Shown here: piece after piece, positions 50,076 through 64,000 of the stretch | How positions within the stretch are numbered: the first letter of the stretch is position 1 | Layout of the letters: every line of letters starts with the position of its first letter | From: the human T2T-CHM13v2.0 reference genome, Homo sapiens | Length of the DNA stretch: 64,000 bases | NCBI RefSeq assembly: GCF_009914755.1 | Contig: NC_060938.1 | Strand: one strand, 5' to 3' | The notes under the pieces: model-generated | Database searches by the model: none | The model's input: only the letters and a program-made list of their open reading frames with translations | What the model was told of the DNA's origin: nothing | Position numbers and translations under genes: made by a program

Positions 50076-51408
50076 CTGGGAGCTAGGCCTTGGCATTACT
50101 AGCATTCTGATTTTTGAGGCAGCTTGCCAGTGAAAGCATTGTGCTGTGAATGTAGATTTGCAATTTATGAGCATGGAGGTGTGGGGTGGGCGGGGGGCGT
50201 GGGGTTGTGCCCAGGAGGCTGGGCCGTGGTAACCTTTCGTTCTTCACATTCTTTGAATAGGATGCCTTGTTTGCTTTTCTTGCTGCTTTCGTGTATCAGT
50301 CATTCCCTTAAAACAGCCACACTCATTATAGCTGGCAAACAAACGGTCGGGAACTAGGCAACTCCAATTATTTAACTCAGCATGTGAAACCATTTAATCA
50401 GAGCTCACAGGACTGAGGGGCAGTATTAAAAAGAAATAGGCACCCTGTCTGGCCCCCAGAATGAACTCTTTTCAGGAGAGAAGAGAGCTTATATTATTTA
50501 TTGTGGCAGGACTAAGATATACTGTAGTATGTAAATGAGAAAAGGACTAGATGATAAGAGTGTGGAAACGAGGGTTCCGTCTGAACTCCCTTGCTGAGTT
50601 CTAGTTCTTTCTTCTTCCTTGTTTTCAGTTAAAATTTTGGGAAAATTATTTAATTATGGTGTAACTTCATTTCCTCACCATAAAATAGAATCACTGTTAT
50701 TTTGTATCTTGGAAGCTGTCTTATGATACTGCTATGAAACCTGCCATGCTGCTGCCTTCATCATCTTGCACTCATTCAAGTGGTTATAGTTACTGAAGTA
50801 CCAAAAAGACCACATTAAACAGTGGTTTCAGCCGCAAGAGGTAGAATTTGGTGGCAGTTCCGCCATGCACACAGACACATTTTTAAATGTTTAGAAATCA
50901 TAAGCACACATTTAATTTTTCATTTAATTTTGTGTTCACCATCTTTTGCCTTTTTTTAAAAAAAAAATGGTATAGGCAGCCTTTTGTTAAATATAAGATT
51001 GTAGGGGATGGGGCATTGTCTGGGAAATGTAATAATTGAAAACCACATTGAAGACTGATTCAGACGGAGATGCCGCAGATGGCAAGAGTCCTTCCTCTGT
51101 ATCACGTCTGGTTTCAGAAAAGAGCCTCGCAGGGCTAAGCGTGCAGGGGAGCAGGAGGCTCCGAGGGACAGGAGACTTCCTCACCAACCAGCCATCACTC
51201 AGAGCAGCACGCAGGGCTCTGCACGCCCCCTTTCTGTCTCTCCTGAGGTGTTGTTAATTTGTAGAATATTATTTGAAAAATACTTGCTCTGTTTGTCCTC
51301 AAGGATATCATGCGTCTTTTCTCAGAAAAACAAATTAATGCTCTCCTCTTGATGAAGTTTAAATAAATAAATGTACAGTCATGAGAAATATGATAGGATG
51401 CAACTTCT

Positions 51409-51697
51409 TTTTTATTTTCTTTTTTTAAAGTTGGGGGTCTCACTCTGTTGCCCAGGCTGGAGTGCAGTGGCAGGATCATAGCTCTCTGCAGCCTCCAACT
51501 CCTGGGCTCAGCCTCCTAAGTAGCTGACTACAGCCATGCACCCTCATACCTGGTTAATTTTTAAAACACTTTTTGTGGAGATGGGGGTTTCACTGTGTTT
51601 CTCAGGCTGGTCTTAAAATCCTGGCTTCAAGTGATTCTCCTGCATCCTTTGCCTCCCAAAGCACTGGGATTCCAGGCATGATCCACAACACCCGGCC
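51409..51697 (-). mobile_element. Alu, AluJ-like
   Basis: Reverse Alu dimer; perfect 15-bp TSD taggatgcaacttct at 51394-51408 and 51698-51712. Confidence 0.95.
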
Positions 51698-51836
51698 TAG
51701 GATGCAACTTCTAAATAACTACATAGAAATATGCTTTTCTCAAAACACACAACAGCATGGGCTAAACTCTAATACCTCCATTCAGTAAAATTAATTTTGC
51801 TTAAATGCTACCCAGAAAGCCCCTTTTGTTTTGAGG

Positions 51837-51856
51837 GGTGTGTGTGTGTGTGTGTT
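51837..51856. repeat. (GT)n microsatellite
   Basis: Direct reading. Confidence 0.9.
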
Positions 51857-52386
51857 TTCTGTTTTGGAATTTTTCTCTTTCAGTTCTCATTGTCCCTCAG
51901 AGCAGTTCTCTCTCATATGGCTTTGGGAGGCTACTGCTAGCCAAATGCTGCACAGATAGTCAAAGTCGGTAGTGTGCAGTGTGGGCAGTGCAGGAATTAC
52001 TGGGGATTCAACCCATGTATAAGGTTCATGCAGCCTTCGTGAAGTCTGGACCCTGTAATAGGTCTTCTAAGTGGGCCTGACGAGGATTTTAATTATGTCC
52101 TGTCTCTCCCATTTCATTTGAATTGAGCTCTGGGGTCCAATGTCAGTGGAGGAAACTGGAGACATGTGCCCCTAGCAAAATGTCATATTCTTTCACTGCA
52201 CAGAGAGCAAGACCTGGAGGAAAAGAGGACTAGCAGGAGAAATAGGGTAAGTGGTGGGCAGGCCCACGTTAACTATTGTAATTTGATTGGTCAAACAGAA
52301 TCTTGGAACCATTAGATCACTCTTTGGATTGTTTTGCATTTCTGCCTGTCTCTTTTGTTTTAAAATCTCTATGTTTTAAAATTCAT

Positions 52387-52473
52387 CCCCCCCCCCAAAA
52401 AAAAAACCCCAAATATATATATATACGTGTGTGTGTGTATGTGTATGTGTGTGTGTGTGTGTGTGTGTATATA
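52387..52473. repeat. Compound simple repeat: C-run, A-run, (TA)n, (GT)n
   Basis: Direct reading. Confidence 0.9.
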
Positions 52474-52619
52474 TGACAGATTTTAACTCTGGCCAAGAAA
52501 AGCCATTCCCAGTAGAAATCATCCCGAACCACAACTCAACTGTGGGCCTGAGGCAGCCAAGAAATAATCTTTTTAAATATTCTGATCAGGGACTTGGAAA
52601 ACAGAAAATTTAAAACTTC

Positions 52620-53665
52620 AGCTCAGAAGTGTATGATTAACTCTGAGCGGATGTGGTGGTTCTAGCCACGTAATTTTAGGCGTTCTAATTGGCAGTTTAA
52701 AAATAGCAGAGTCGCAGGCTGCTCCTCGGTGCTGCTTCTCGCTTTGTTTCGCCCATGAGTATGCACTGTACTTAAGGAGTCTTAAGGCTGCTGGCGACGG
52801 GCTGGGAACCAGGACTCTTATCTCCCGTCTCCCAGGTCTGCCGGACTCTGTCCTGACACACCACAGCGTCATAAAAACTTGTGTTTTCTTAGGATTCCTC
52901 CTAGCCGCCGGCTCACAGACATATTCCTCTTCCTTCTCTAATAACTAGGTGCTTAAAGGTAGTGCTTCGATGATAATATTCAAGTAAATCAATTTCTGGG
53001 TACCTGAAACTTCCAGCTGAGCTGCGTCATTTGCTTGCCAGGTAACAAGTACTTCAGGATGTCATCAAGAAAAGGAAAACACTGATTTCAAATAACCAAT
53101 TATTTACAAAATTCTTTCCCATATCTGTGTGAGGCAAGGTCCGCAAGATAAAACAAATGTTTGTTTCTCTTTACTGCTGTTTCCATGGGCAGCAAGATGA
53201 CACATCAGCGTAGACACCCACGAGGGAGCTGCATTTTTCCCTTTTGCATTTCCAAGGAACCCCAGGAGTCCCATCTGGTCTAACATAAAGTCATGTATCT
53301 TTACCTAATTTTGGCCTCTGAGTTTTCCTTCTGGGAGACACTTGCTGCTTCACTGTGGAGGGGTCTAGGGGTAGAAAGCCAGCTGGAGCTGTGGAGCTGT
53401 TTATAACACCCCAAGGACTGTTGTTCTGCCCCAAGCAGGGGGTTTGTTGGGGCCCATGCAGGGGGAGTCTCAACGGGCAATCCCCCGTTCCTCGTGGGAT
53501 GTGGTTTATCATTCCTGCTTTGAGTTTCATTAACATGGAATCTTGCACTTTCCCAACCAATGACGCCACAAAAGAATAAACTATATTAAGTCCATAAATC
53601 TCAGACTGCCAAGTCCCTGGAATATCAACTGATGAAACTCTCCGCTTTCTAACCTGAGGTGAGTA
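52620..53665 (+). promoter_or_regulatory. Candidate enhancer or alternative promoter (motif-based only)
   Basis: Non-repeat DNA with retained CpGs; MEF2-type TTAAAAATAG (~52697); CCAAT+TGACG (53557-53568); TATATTAA (53582); consensus donor GAG|GTGAGT (53658/53659). Confidence 0.25.
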
Positions 53666-53803
53666 ATAAGTTTCCCTCTTCATTTGCATCACGGGCCTCA
53701 GGGTGGAGAGAGCACTGCTATTATCAGGGCACCCTTTTCTCTCTGCTCTCTTCCCTACAGGGTCTTGTAACCACTGCTCTCATACATCTTAAACCCTCTT
53801 GTA

Positions 53804-53993
53804 GGCCAGCATCGCAGTTCAGGCCTGTAATCCCAGCACCTTGCGAGGCCACAGTGAGAGGATCGCTTGAGGCTAGGAGTTAGAGGCTGCCATGAGCTGT
53901 GATTGTACCACTGCACTCCAGCCTGGGTGACAGAGCCAGACCCTATCCCTAAAAAGAAAAACCAAACAACAACAACAACAACAACAGCAACAA
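53804..53993 (+). mobile_element. Monomeric Alu (FRAM-like or arm-recombinant AluJ) with (CAA)n tail
   Basis: Single ~147-bp monomer; flanking repeat aaaccctct at 53791-53799 and 53994-54002. Confidence 0.85.
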
Positions 53994-54308
53994 AAACCCT
54001 CTGATAACGCACTGTTTTTGAAAACAGGAAACGAACAAAGTTGTTTTTGCCTAGCTGTCTGGGAACAGAAGATGAAGCCTGCTGATAGGATTCTTGTCTT
54101 TCCTCCCAAGCTCTTGGATACACTTTAGGAATATTAACCAAGGCATGTGTTCCTCTCCTCACTCCTCAGTGTCTCCTTCAAGCCTCTTCCACAGGAGCCA
54201 GAAAGAAGGGGATTCACAGGAAAAGAGAGGCCATTCCCTCTCTTACTTCCCAAAGAGTCATGGTGAGAAAGAAGGCCTGAGGGTGGAGAGAGCCTTCCCT
54301 CTCCTTTC

Positions 54309-55363
54309 TTTTTTTTTTTGCAAGGTCACGGGTGTGATTTTTCCTCTACTATCTTTATTTTTTTATTTTTTATTATTATTATACTTTAAGTTTTAGGGTA
54401 CATGTGCATATTGTGCAGGTTAGTTACATATGTATACATGTGCCATGCTGGTGTGCTGCACCCACTAACTCGTCATCTAGCATTAGGTATATCTCCCAAT
54501 GCTATCCCTCCCCCTCCCCCCACCCCACAACAGTCCCCAGAGTGTGATGTTCCCCTTCCTGTGTCCATGTGTTCTCATTGTTCAATTCCCACCTATGAGT
54601 GAGAATATGTGGTGTTTGGTTTTTTGTTCTTGCGATAGTTTACTGAGAATGATGATTTCCAATTTCATCCATGTCCCTACAAAGGACATGAACTCATCAT
54701 TTTTTATGGCTGCATAGTATTCCATGGTGTATATGTGCCACATTTTCTTAATCCAGTCTATCATTGTTAGACATTTGGCTTGGTTCCAAGTCTTTACTAT
54801 TGTGAATAATGCCGCAATAAACATACGTGTGCATGTGTCTTTATAGCAGCACGATTTATAGTCCTTTGGGTATATACCCAGTAATGGGATGGCTGGGTCA
54901 AATGGTATTTCTAGTTCTAGATCCCTGAGGAATCGCCACACTGACTTCCACAATGGTTGAACTAGTTTACAGTCCCACCAACAGTGTAAAAGTGTTCCTA
55001 TTAAAAACCCTAGAAGAAAACCTAGGCATTACCATTCAGGACATAGGCATGGGCAAGGACTTCATGTCTAAAACACCAAAAGCAATGGCAACAAAAGCCA
55101 AAGTTGACAAATGGGATCTAATTAAACTAAAGAGCTTCTGCACAGCAAAAGAAACTACCATCAGAGTGAACAGGCAACCTACAAAATGGAAGAAAATTTT
55201 CGCAACCTACTCATCTGACAAAGGGCTAATATCCAGAATCTACAATGAACTCAAACAAATTTACAAGAAAAAAACAAACAACCCCATCAAAAAGTGGGCG
55301 AAGGACATGAACAGACACTTCTCAAAAGAAGACATTTATGCAGCCAAAAAACACATGAAAAAT
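54309..55363 (-). mobile_element. 5'-truncated, 5'-inverted L1PA3-like insertion with 3' transduction
   Basis: 17-bp TSD gccttccctctcctttc (54292-54308, 55364-55380); poly-T 54309-54319; non-L1 34 nt 54320-54353; L1 3' end minus-strand to ~55001; plus-strand inverted ORF2 segment ~55002-55365. Confidence 0.95.
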
Positions 55364-55854
55364 GCCTTCCCTCTCCTTTCACAGGCCCCCCCTTCAGCAT
55401 TGACGTCATTCAGTCATCAAAGGGACCTGTAAGACGATCTGCCTGTTCTCCTGTGAACAATGGTTAAGAACGCATTCAAGGGGTTTCCAGGGGGATGAGG
55501 CTGGGTGTGGCAGAGAGGGCTTGGGATCATTATTTAAATCGCTTGGCAGGAACACTGGTCCATTTTCCTTTTGTGATATGCCAAGGGAAAGGGTCTGGGA
55601 CACCAGAGGTCCCTCATTCCTGATGATCAAGTGTGGCCATGCCTTCTTTTCTGTGGAAGCATGGAATTGAGCCATAGTTCCCTGATTCTTCATTTCATTA
55701 CATAGTGTGGGCTTCCTTTTGTGCTTTGAAAAGTATCTTCATTACCATTCTCATCTGATCTCTTTTTTACATCTTGCTAACAAGGCCTTCTGTATATTTG
55801 CAGGTGTTGAATTGTGAGTCTTTTTTTCTTTACTTTTCTTTGTATTTGCATTAC

Positions 55855-55975
55855 TTTTTAAAAATTAATAGATTATATTTTTTGGAGCAGTCTTAGGTTG
55901 ACAGAAAAGTGAGCAGAAACTGCAGTGCTCCCATATGGCTCCTTACTGCCCTCAGTTTCCCTTATTATTAACACC
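55855..55975 (-). mobile_element. L1M (L1MC-like) 3' end fragment
   Basis: 'ttttggagcagtcttaggttgacagaaaagtgagcagaaa...ctcccatat...cagtttcccttattattaaca'. Confidence 0.6.
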
Positions 55976-56260
55976 TTTTGCTTTTTATTAACATTATGAA
56001 CAGCAGTGTCAGGCGAGAACTTTTGTGATGACAAAGGACTTTCACTTCCATTATTTCATTTAATAGCAGACTGCACAGGAAACAAGAGTGTTACATGATG
56101 GTAAACATCATCATAGTTACAGATGGGGTGGGGACAGCTAGGAAGCCCACAGAGTCTCACCCCACTCCAGTTCTCAGGGACCTAACCATGGTGAAGATGG
56201 ATTCATAAAAGAAGTAGGGCTTCAGGTGGGTTCCCCAGTGCCCAGAAGGGAAAAATGGGA

Positions 56261-57451
56261 CTATTTCCTATTGTTGCTATAACAAATTACATTAATGCAT
56301 TAGCTATTTATTCTGATGCTAAATAAATAAATAGCTAAATGCATTAGCTAAATAGCTAAATGCATTTAGCTATTTATCCTAATGCTCTCTCTTCTCCCAC
56401 CCTTCCAACAGGCCCCAGTGTGTGATGTTTCCCTCCCTGTGTCCATGTGTTCTCGTTGTTCCGCTCCCACTTATAAGTGAGAATATGCAGTGTTTGGTTT
56501 TCCGTTACTGCATTAGTTTGCTGAGGAGAATGGCTTCCAGCTCCATCCATGTCCCTTCAAAGGACATGATCTTGTTCCTTTTCATGGCTGCATAGTATTC
56601 CATGGCATATATGTACCACATTTTCTTTATCTAGTCTATCATTGATGGGCATTTGGGTTGATTCCATGTCTTTGCTATTGTGAATAGTGCTGCAATGAAC
56701 ATATGCATGCATGTATCTTTATAATAGAATGATTTATCTTCCTTTGGATATATACCCAGTAATGGGTTGCTTGGTCAAATGGTATTTCTGGTTCTAGGTC
56801 TTTGAGGAATTGCTACACTGTATTCCACAATGGTTGAACTAATTTACATTCCCACCAACAATGTAAAAGTGTTCCTATTTTGCCACAGCCTTGCCAGCAA
56901 CTGTTGTTTCTTGACTTTTTAATAGTTGCCATTCTGGTTGGAGTGAGATGGTATCTCATTGTGGTTTTGATTTGCATTTCTCTAATGATCAGTGATGTTG
57001 AGCTTTTTTCATATGTTTATTGGCCACATGACTATCTTCTTTTGAGAAGTGTCTGTTCACTTCCTTTGTCCACTTTTTATTGGGATTGCTTTTTGAAGGA
57101 TCTGTTTCCTTGCCTTTTCCAACTTCTAGAGGCTGTTTTCATTCCTTGGCTAATAGCCCTTTCCTCCACCTTCAAAGCCAGCAATGGCAAGTTCAGTCTT
57201 TCTCATATCACATCTCTCTGACATTGACCATTCTTCTGCCTCCCCCTACCACATGTAAGGACTTTTGTAATTAAGTAATTAAGTTATACGCATGTGCGTA
57301 AAACAGGAGAATCTCCCCATCTCGAGGTCAGCTGATTAGAGCTTCATTCCATCTATAATCTTAACTCCTCCTTGCCAGGTGAGTTAACATATTCACAGGT
57401 TCTGGGAAATAGGACATAGACATCTTTGAGGACCATTTTTCTGCCAACTAT
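56261..57451 (-). mobile_element. MLT1D-like LTR, interrupted and partly deleted by an L1 fragment
   Basis: Terminus 'tttcctattgttgctataacaaattac' (56261-56290); body resumes ~57097 'atctgtttccttgccttttccaacttctagagg...attcacaggttctggg...ctgccaactata'. Confidence 0.75.
56361..57095 (-). mobile_element. Older L1PA (roughly PA10-13) fragment lacking the 3' terminus and poly-A
   Basis: 3'UTR/ORF2-end sequence ('aaggacatgatcttgttcc', 'taggtctttgaggaat'); starts inside the 3'UTR at 'tagctatttatcctaatgctctc'. Confidence 0.85.
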
Positions 57452-57732
57452 ATGAAGCATTGTCTTGGAGAAGTGGAGCCTGGAGTCAAAGTCACCAGTG
57501 AATTGCAATCTCATCCTCCTCAGGGGTAAATGAAAACTGAATGACTTCTTCATTCAGTTCATGTGTCATTCCCTCCGGGAAGCCTTCTGTATTGTCTGGC
57601 CTGGCCAATACAGAAGACAATAGACATATGTGGCTATTGAGTACTTGAAATGTAACTAGTCTAAGTGTAAAATACACATTAGATTTCAAATACTTAGCAC
57701 AAAAAAGAATAAAATACCTTACTAATGGTTTT

Positions 57733-58036
<304 letters not shown>

Positions 58037-58204
58037 TAATGATTTTTAAAATATTGAATATATGCTGAAATTTTAACATTTTGATATATTGGGTTAAATA
58101 AAATTGTGAAATTACCAACTTAATTTCGCTTACTTTGTTTTGTTTTTTGCTTTTTTAATGTGGCTACTAGAAACTTTCAAGTTGCATATTTGGCTTGTTC
58201 TACA

Positions 58205-59481
58205 TAAGGGGTCTTCAAAATTTCGTGGAAAATGCATATTATGAAACTATGCGTGGATTTCAGTTTGTTTTGCACCAAAATAAACTTTTAATAACTTGTT
58301 ACAACATGTCTGAATAGGATCTAGTTTGAGGCGCTAAGAAGGTTAAGCCATCAGTTTGAAAAGAGCTTCCATCAAAGCAACATGAATTCTGCTAAAACTG
58401 AAGCAAAAACCAACATCAAATTTATGATAAAGCTTGGGTGGAAGAATGATGAGATCATTGATGCTTTATGAAAAGCTTATGAAGACAATGCCCCAAATAA
58501 GTAAGCAGTTTACAAATGTAGAACTCATTTTAAGAGGGGACTAGACAATGTTGAAGATGAAGCCTGCAACAGCAGACCATTCACATTAATTTTCGAGGAA
58601 AAAGTCATCTTGTTTTTGAAGAGGACAATTAACAGAAAAAATAGCTGACACCACAGACATCTCAATTGGTGCAGCTTATGAAATGCTGACTAAAATTTTA
58701 AAAGTTGAGCAGATTTTCCACTTGATGGATGCCAAAGCCTTTGCACCCAGATCAGTTGCAGACAAAAGCAGAACTTTCAATGGAAATTTCAAACAAGTGT
58801 CATCAAAATTCTAAAGCGTTTTTTCAAAGAATTGTAATAGGAGATGAAACATGGCTTCACCAGTGTGATCCTGAAGACAAAGCACAACCAAAGCAATGGC
58901 TACCAAGAGGTGGAAGTGGTCCAGTCAAAGCAAAAGAGGACCAGTCAAGAGCAAAGCTCAGGGCAAAAGTTTTTTAGGATGAACAAAGCATTTTGCTTGC
59001 TGACCTTCTGGAGTGCCAAAGAATGATAACACCTGTTCATTATGAGAGTGTTTTGAGAAAGTTAGCAAAGCTTTAGCAGAGAAACACTCAGGAAAGTCCC
59101 GGAGTGAAGGACTGGAGAGTCCTTCACTACAACAATACTCCTGCTCATTCCTCACTTGCAGAAGGACAATTTTGTGAGAGTTTCCATGGGAAATCACTGG
59201 CCATCCACCTTATAGTCCTGATTTGTCTCCTTGTGACTTCTTTGTTGTTTCCTAATCTTAAAATATCTGCAAAGGGCACCCATTCTGTATAATGTATAAA
59301 AACTGCATTGACATGGTTAAATGCCCAGGAGCCTCAGGTCTTTAGGGATGGACTAAATGGCTGGTATGACCACTTACAAAAGTGTCTTGAACTTGATGGA
59401 GTTTACGTTGAGAAACAAAGTTTATATTTTTTATTTTTATCTTTTCATTCCACTTTCTACAAACCTTTTGAAGTTCCTTTG
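58205..59481 (+). mobile_element. HSMAR2 mariner transposon, full length, transposase pseudogene
   Basis: TIRs 'aggggtcttcaaaa' and 'ttttgaagttcctttg' plus TA; ATG at 58382 (MNSAK...); motifs RIVIGDETWLHQ and HPPYSPDLSPCDF; stops and frameshifts present. Confidence 0.92.
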
Positions 59482-59714
59482 TATTTTTATTGGCCAGGTC
59501 TGCTCTGGGCTGAGCCAAGTGCTTCTTCCATGTGCTCCTGCTGTCCTTTTTTTCTACTCTAACACTTACCTTCCAGCATAATTACCAACTTGCATGTCTA
59601 CTTTCCCCACCACATGGTGAGTTCTTAAAGGGCAGGGGCTGTGTCTTGTTAATCATTGTATCCCTTGTTCTAGTATAATGCCCAGAATGTTATAATACTA
59701 ATCATTGTCATAAT

Positions 59715-59920
59715 CATAATTAACATTTATATCGTGCTTACTGTGTGCCAGGCTCTGTTCCAAGCACTTTCCCTAATAACTCATTTAATCCTTACAACAC
59801 TCTCTAGCTATGCGAGTTTAGGAAGTTATTTTAACATTTTGTGTCTCAGTTTCCTTAACCATAATATGAAGATACTAGTACCTACCTCATAGCTACTCAT
59901 AATATGAGGGTGGGTTAACT
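59715..59920. mobile_element. Two MIR fragments in opposite orientation
   Basis: 'cttactgtgtgccagg...ctcatttaatccttacaac' (-), then 'gtctcagtttcctt...gtacctacctcatag' (+). Confidence 0.65.
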
Positions 59921-59986
59921 AGTTATTTTATATATACATACATATTCACATACACATGTACAGATACACATACATCCATATACATA

Positions 59987-60348
59987 CAGTAGTACTCTGG
60001 TCTGCAGCTTCACTTTCCATGATTTCAGTGACCTGCAGTACAACACATATGGAGACAGAGAGAGACAGAGAGAGAGAGAGACCTCATTCATATAACTTTT
60101 ATTACAGTATATTGTTATAATTGTTCTCTTTTATTAGTTGTTGTTAACCTCTTAGTGTGTCTAATTTATAAATTAAACTTTTTCATAGATCATATAACAG
60201 GTATCATAGGTATTTCAAGGTATACATTTTGCCTATATGTATAATATAGGAAAAATATAATGTATATACAGGATCCTGCACTGTCTGTGGTTTCAGGCAT
60301 CCCCTGGGGGTCTTGGAAAGTATCTCCACAGATAAGGGGAGACTACGG
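59987..60348 (+). mobile_element. MER44A-like (TcMar-Tigger) element
   Basis: TA-CAGTAGT...ACTACGG-TA termini; 'ataacttttattacagtatattgttataattgttct', 'ggtttcaggcatcc...gataagggga'. Confidence 0.8.
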
Positions 60349-60479
60349 TACATACCTTCGTATACATAACGTTATATACATAGTCTATACATATAATATG
60401 TATGTATGAATGTATATAATATTTATAAAAAGTTTAGAAGAGGTCCTGCACGTCCTCAATGTGATGAAAATGTTTTTTA

Positions 60480-60650
60480 AATAAGCAACTCTTTGAGAAA
60501 GGCGCTACTCTTATCTCCATTTTAAAGATGCCAAAACTGGCACAGAGAGGTTAAGCAACTTGCCCAAGTTTGCAAAGCTTGTTAGTTTTAGAGACAGGAT
60601 TGTAACCCAGGCCGTCTACACCTTTTAAATACTATGTTGTACTGCTGCTT
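60480..60650 (-). mobile_element. MIR
   Basis: 'ctccattttaaagatg...ggcacagagaggttaagcaacttgcccaag'. Confidence 0.75.
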
Positions 60651-61323
60651 AATATTTGAATGCATGAATGAAAATGTAAGTGAATTAAAGAAAGCTCTAC
60701 AATACAGTGATTTACTCAACACTGCACTGCTTTTTGGAAGAAAAGTTGGGGCTAAAAGTCAAACTCGTAAAATTGAAGATGATTTAAGAGGATGACAGTG
60801 GGTGGTGAGGAGCCTATACATTATTCACACCTTAATGAGAATCAATTTAATAAGACTGTTATCTCTCTGCCATTTCCTGAGGTTAGTTGTACTGAGGGAG
60901 AGAATGGGAATAGCAATGGAGAAGAGCAGAGAAGAATCTGGGGTTGTGAGTGTGACGTTAAGAAAGACCAAGACTGGGTAACATAGACAGTGAATGTTTT
61001 GCCAGCAGGGAGACCTGGGGACAGGTTTGACTTTAGAAAAAACTTCAAAGTTGTAGAAGTTTTCTTTTGCTATAGTCAGGCCTGCTCAAAGAGTAGAATA
61101 GAATTGGCCATGACTTGGAGATTACAAGCCTTGCCCGTAAAGAGTACAGGGTGCAGAAGAAGGGATTGCTGCTCCCATTTCCAGGCCACACACATTCCAT
61201 TTGCTTAGGTAGAAGCATTCTACCCTGACTTTGTCTCTCTCATCTGACAAACTGACCCTAGAGAAGAAGCAGGGATAGATGGGAGACTCACATACTTGTC
61301 TAGAGTCTTCTGCTGTGACCCAC

Positions 61324-61692
61324 TGTTGTGTGGTTTGAATGTGGCCCCCAAAGTTCATATGATAAAAACTTAATCTTCAATGCAACAGTGTTGGAAGATG
61401 GAACCTAATGGGAGGGGTTTAGGTTATGAGGGCTCCACTCTCAAGAATGGATTGATGCCAATTATAAAAGTGCTTGTTCCTGTGAGTTTGATCTCTTGCT
61501 CTCTCTGGCACATATGATCTCCTGCCCTTCTGCCTTCTACCATGAGATGACACAGCAAGAAGGTTCTCATCAGATACAGACTCTTGACCTTGGACTTCCC
61601 AGCCTCCATAACTGTAAGAAATAAATCTCTATTCTTTATAAAGTACCCAGTCTCAAATATTCTGTTATAGCAACACAAAACCAACTAACACA
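61324..61692 (+). mobile_element. MSTC-like solo LTR (MaLR)
   Basis: TG...CA termini; 5-bp TSD cccac at 61319-61323 and 61693-61697; 'ggacttcccagcctcc...gaaataaatctct'. Confidence 0.85.
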
Positions 61693-61726
61693 CCCACCAA
61701 GTATGGGAACTTACCGGTGAGATGGA

Positions 61727-64000
<2,274 letters not shown>

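Noticed and set aside
50987-51257. CpG-retaining segment with ORFs on both strands
   Set aside because: No recognisable protein, no clear splice-site pair, and only a partial CTCF-like/E-box motif.
54953-55432. 159-aa chimeric ORF across the inversion junction
   Set aside because: Chance in-frame fusion of antisense L1 with an inverted ORF2 fragment; no evidence of expression.

Overview
Repeat-rich primate (human or great-ape) genomic DNA, probably intronic or intergenic. I recognise no host protein-coding exon, RNA gene, CpG island or prokaryotic system. All long ORFs are LINE-1 ORF1/ORF2, and the recognisable short ones are Tigger1 or HSMAR2 transposase remnants. The window holds five primate L1PA elements on the minus strand, older L1M/L2/MIR pieces, seven Alu elements, several solo LTRs (MLT2D, MSTD, LTR41-like, LTR2/HERV-E, LTR16C, MLT1D, MSTC) and DNA transposons (ORSL, Tigger1, MER58B, MER33, HSMAR2, MER44A). 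Five structures stand out. (1) A 5'-complete, TSD-flanked L1PA2-like element copied from a spliced RNA: 5'UTR nt 97 is joined to ORF1 codon 23 (SpIRE97/976 type), and the indel-free ORF2 carries W30* and D703N. (2) A twin-primed, 5'-inverted L1 with a 34-nt 3' transduction. (3) An ERVL-type LTR carrying a decayed APOA4-like coding fragment. (4) A tailless L1 fragment joined to MLT1D through a templated palindromic patchwork. (5) An L1PA7/AluY fusion junction implying a deletion. Subfamily names come from recalled consensus sequences and need RepeatMasker/Dfam confirmation. I found no convincing wholly new biological system; these are unusual instances of known mechanisms.
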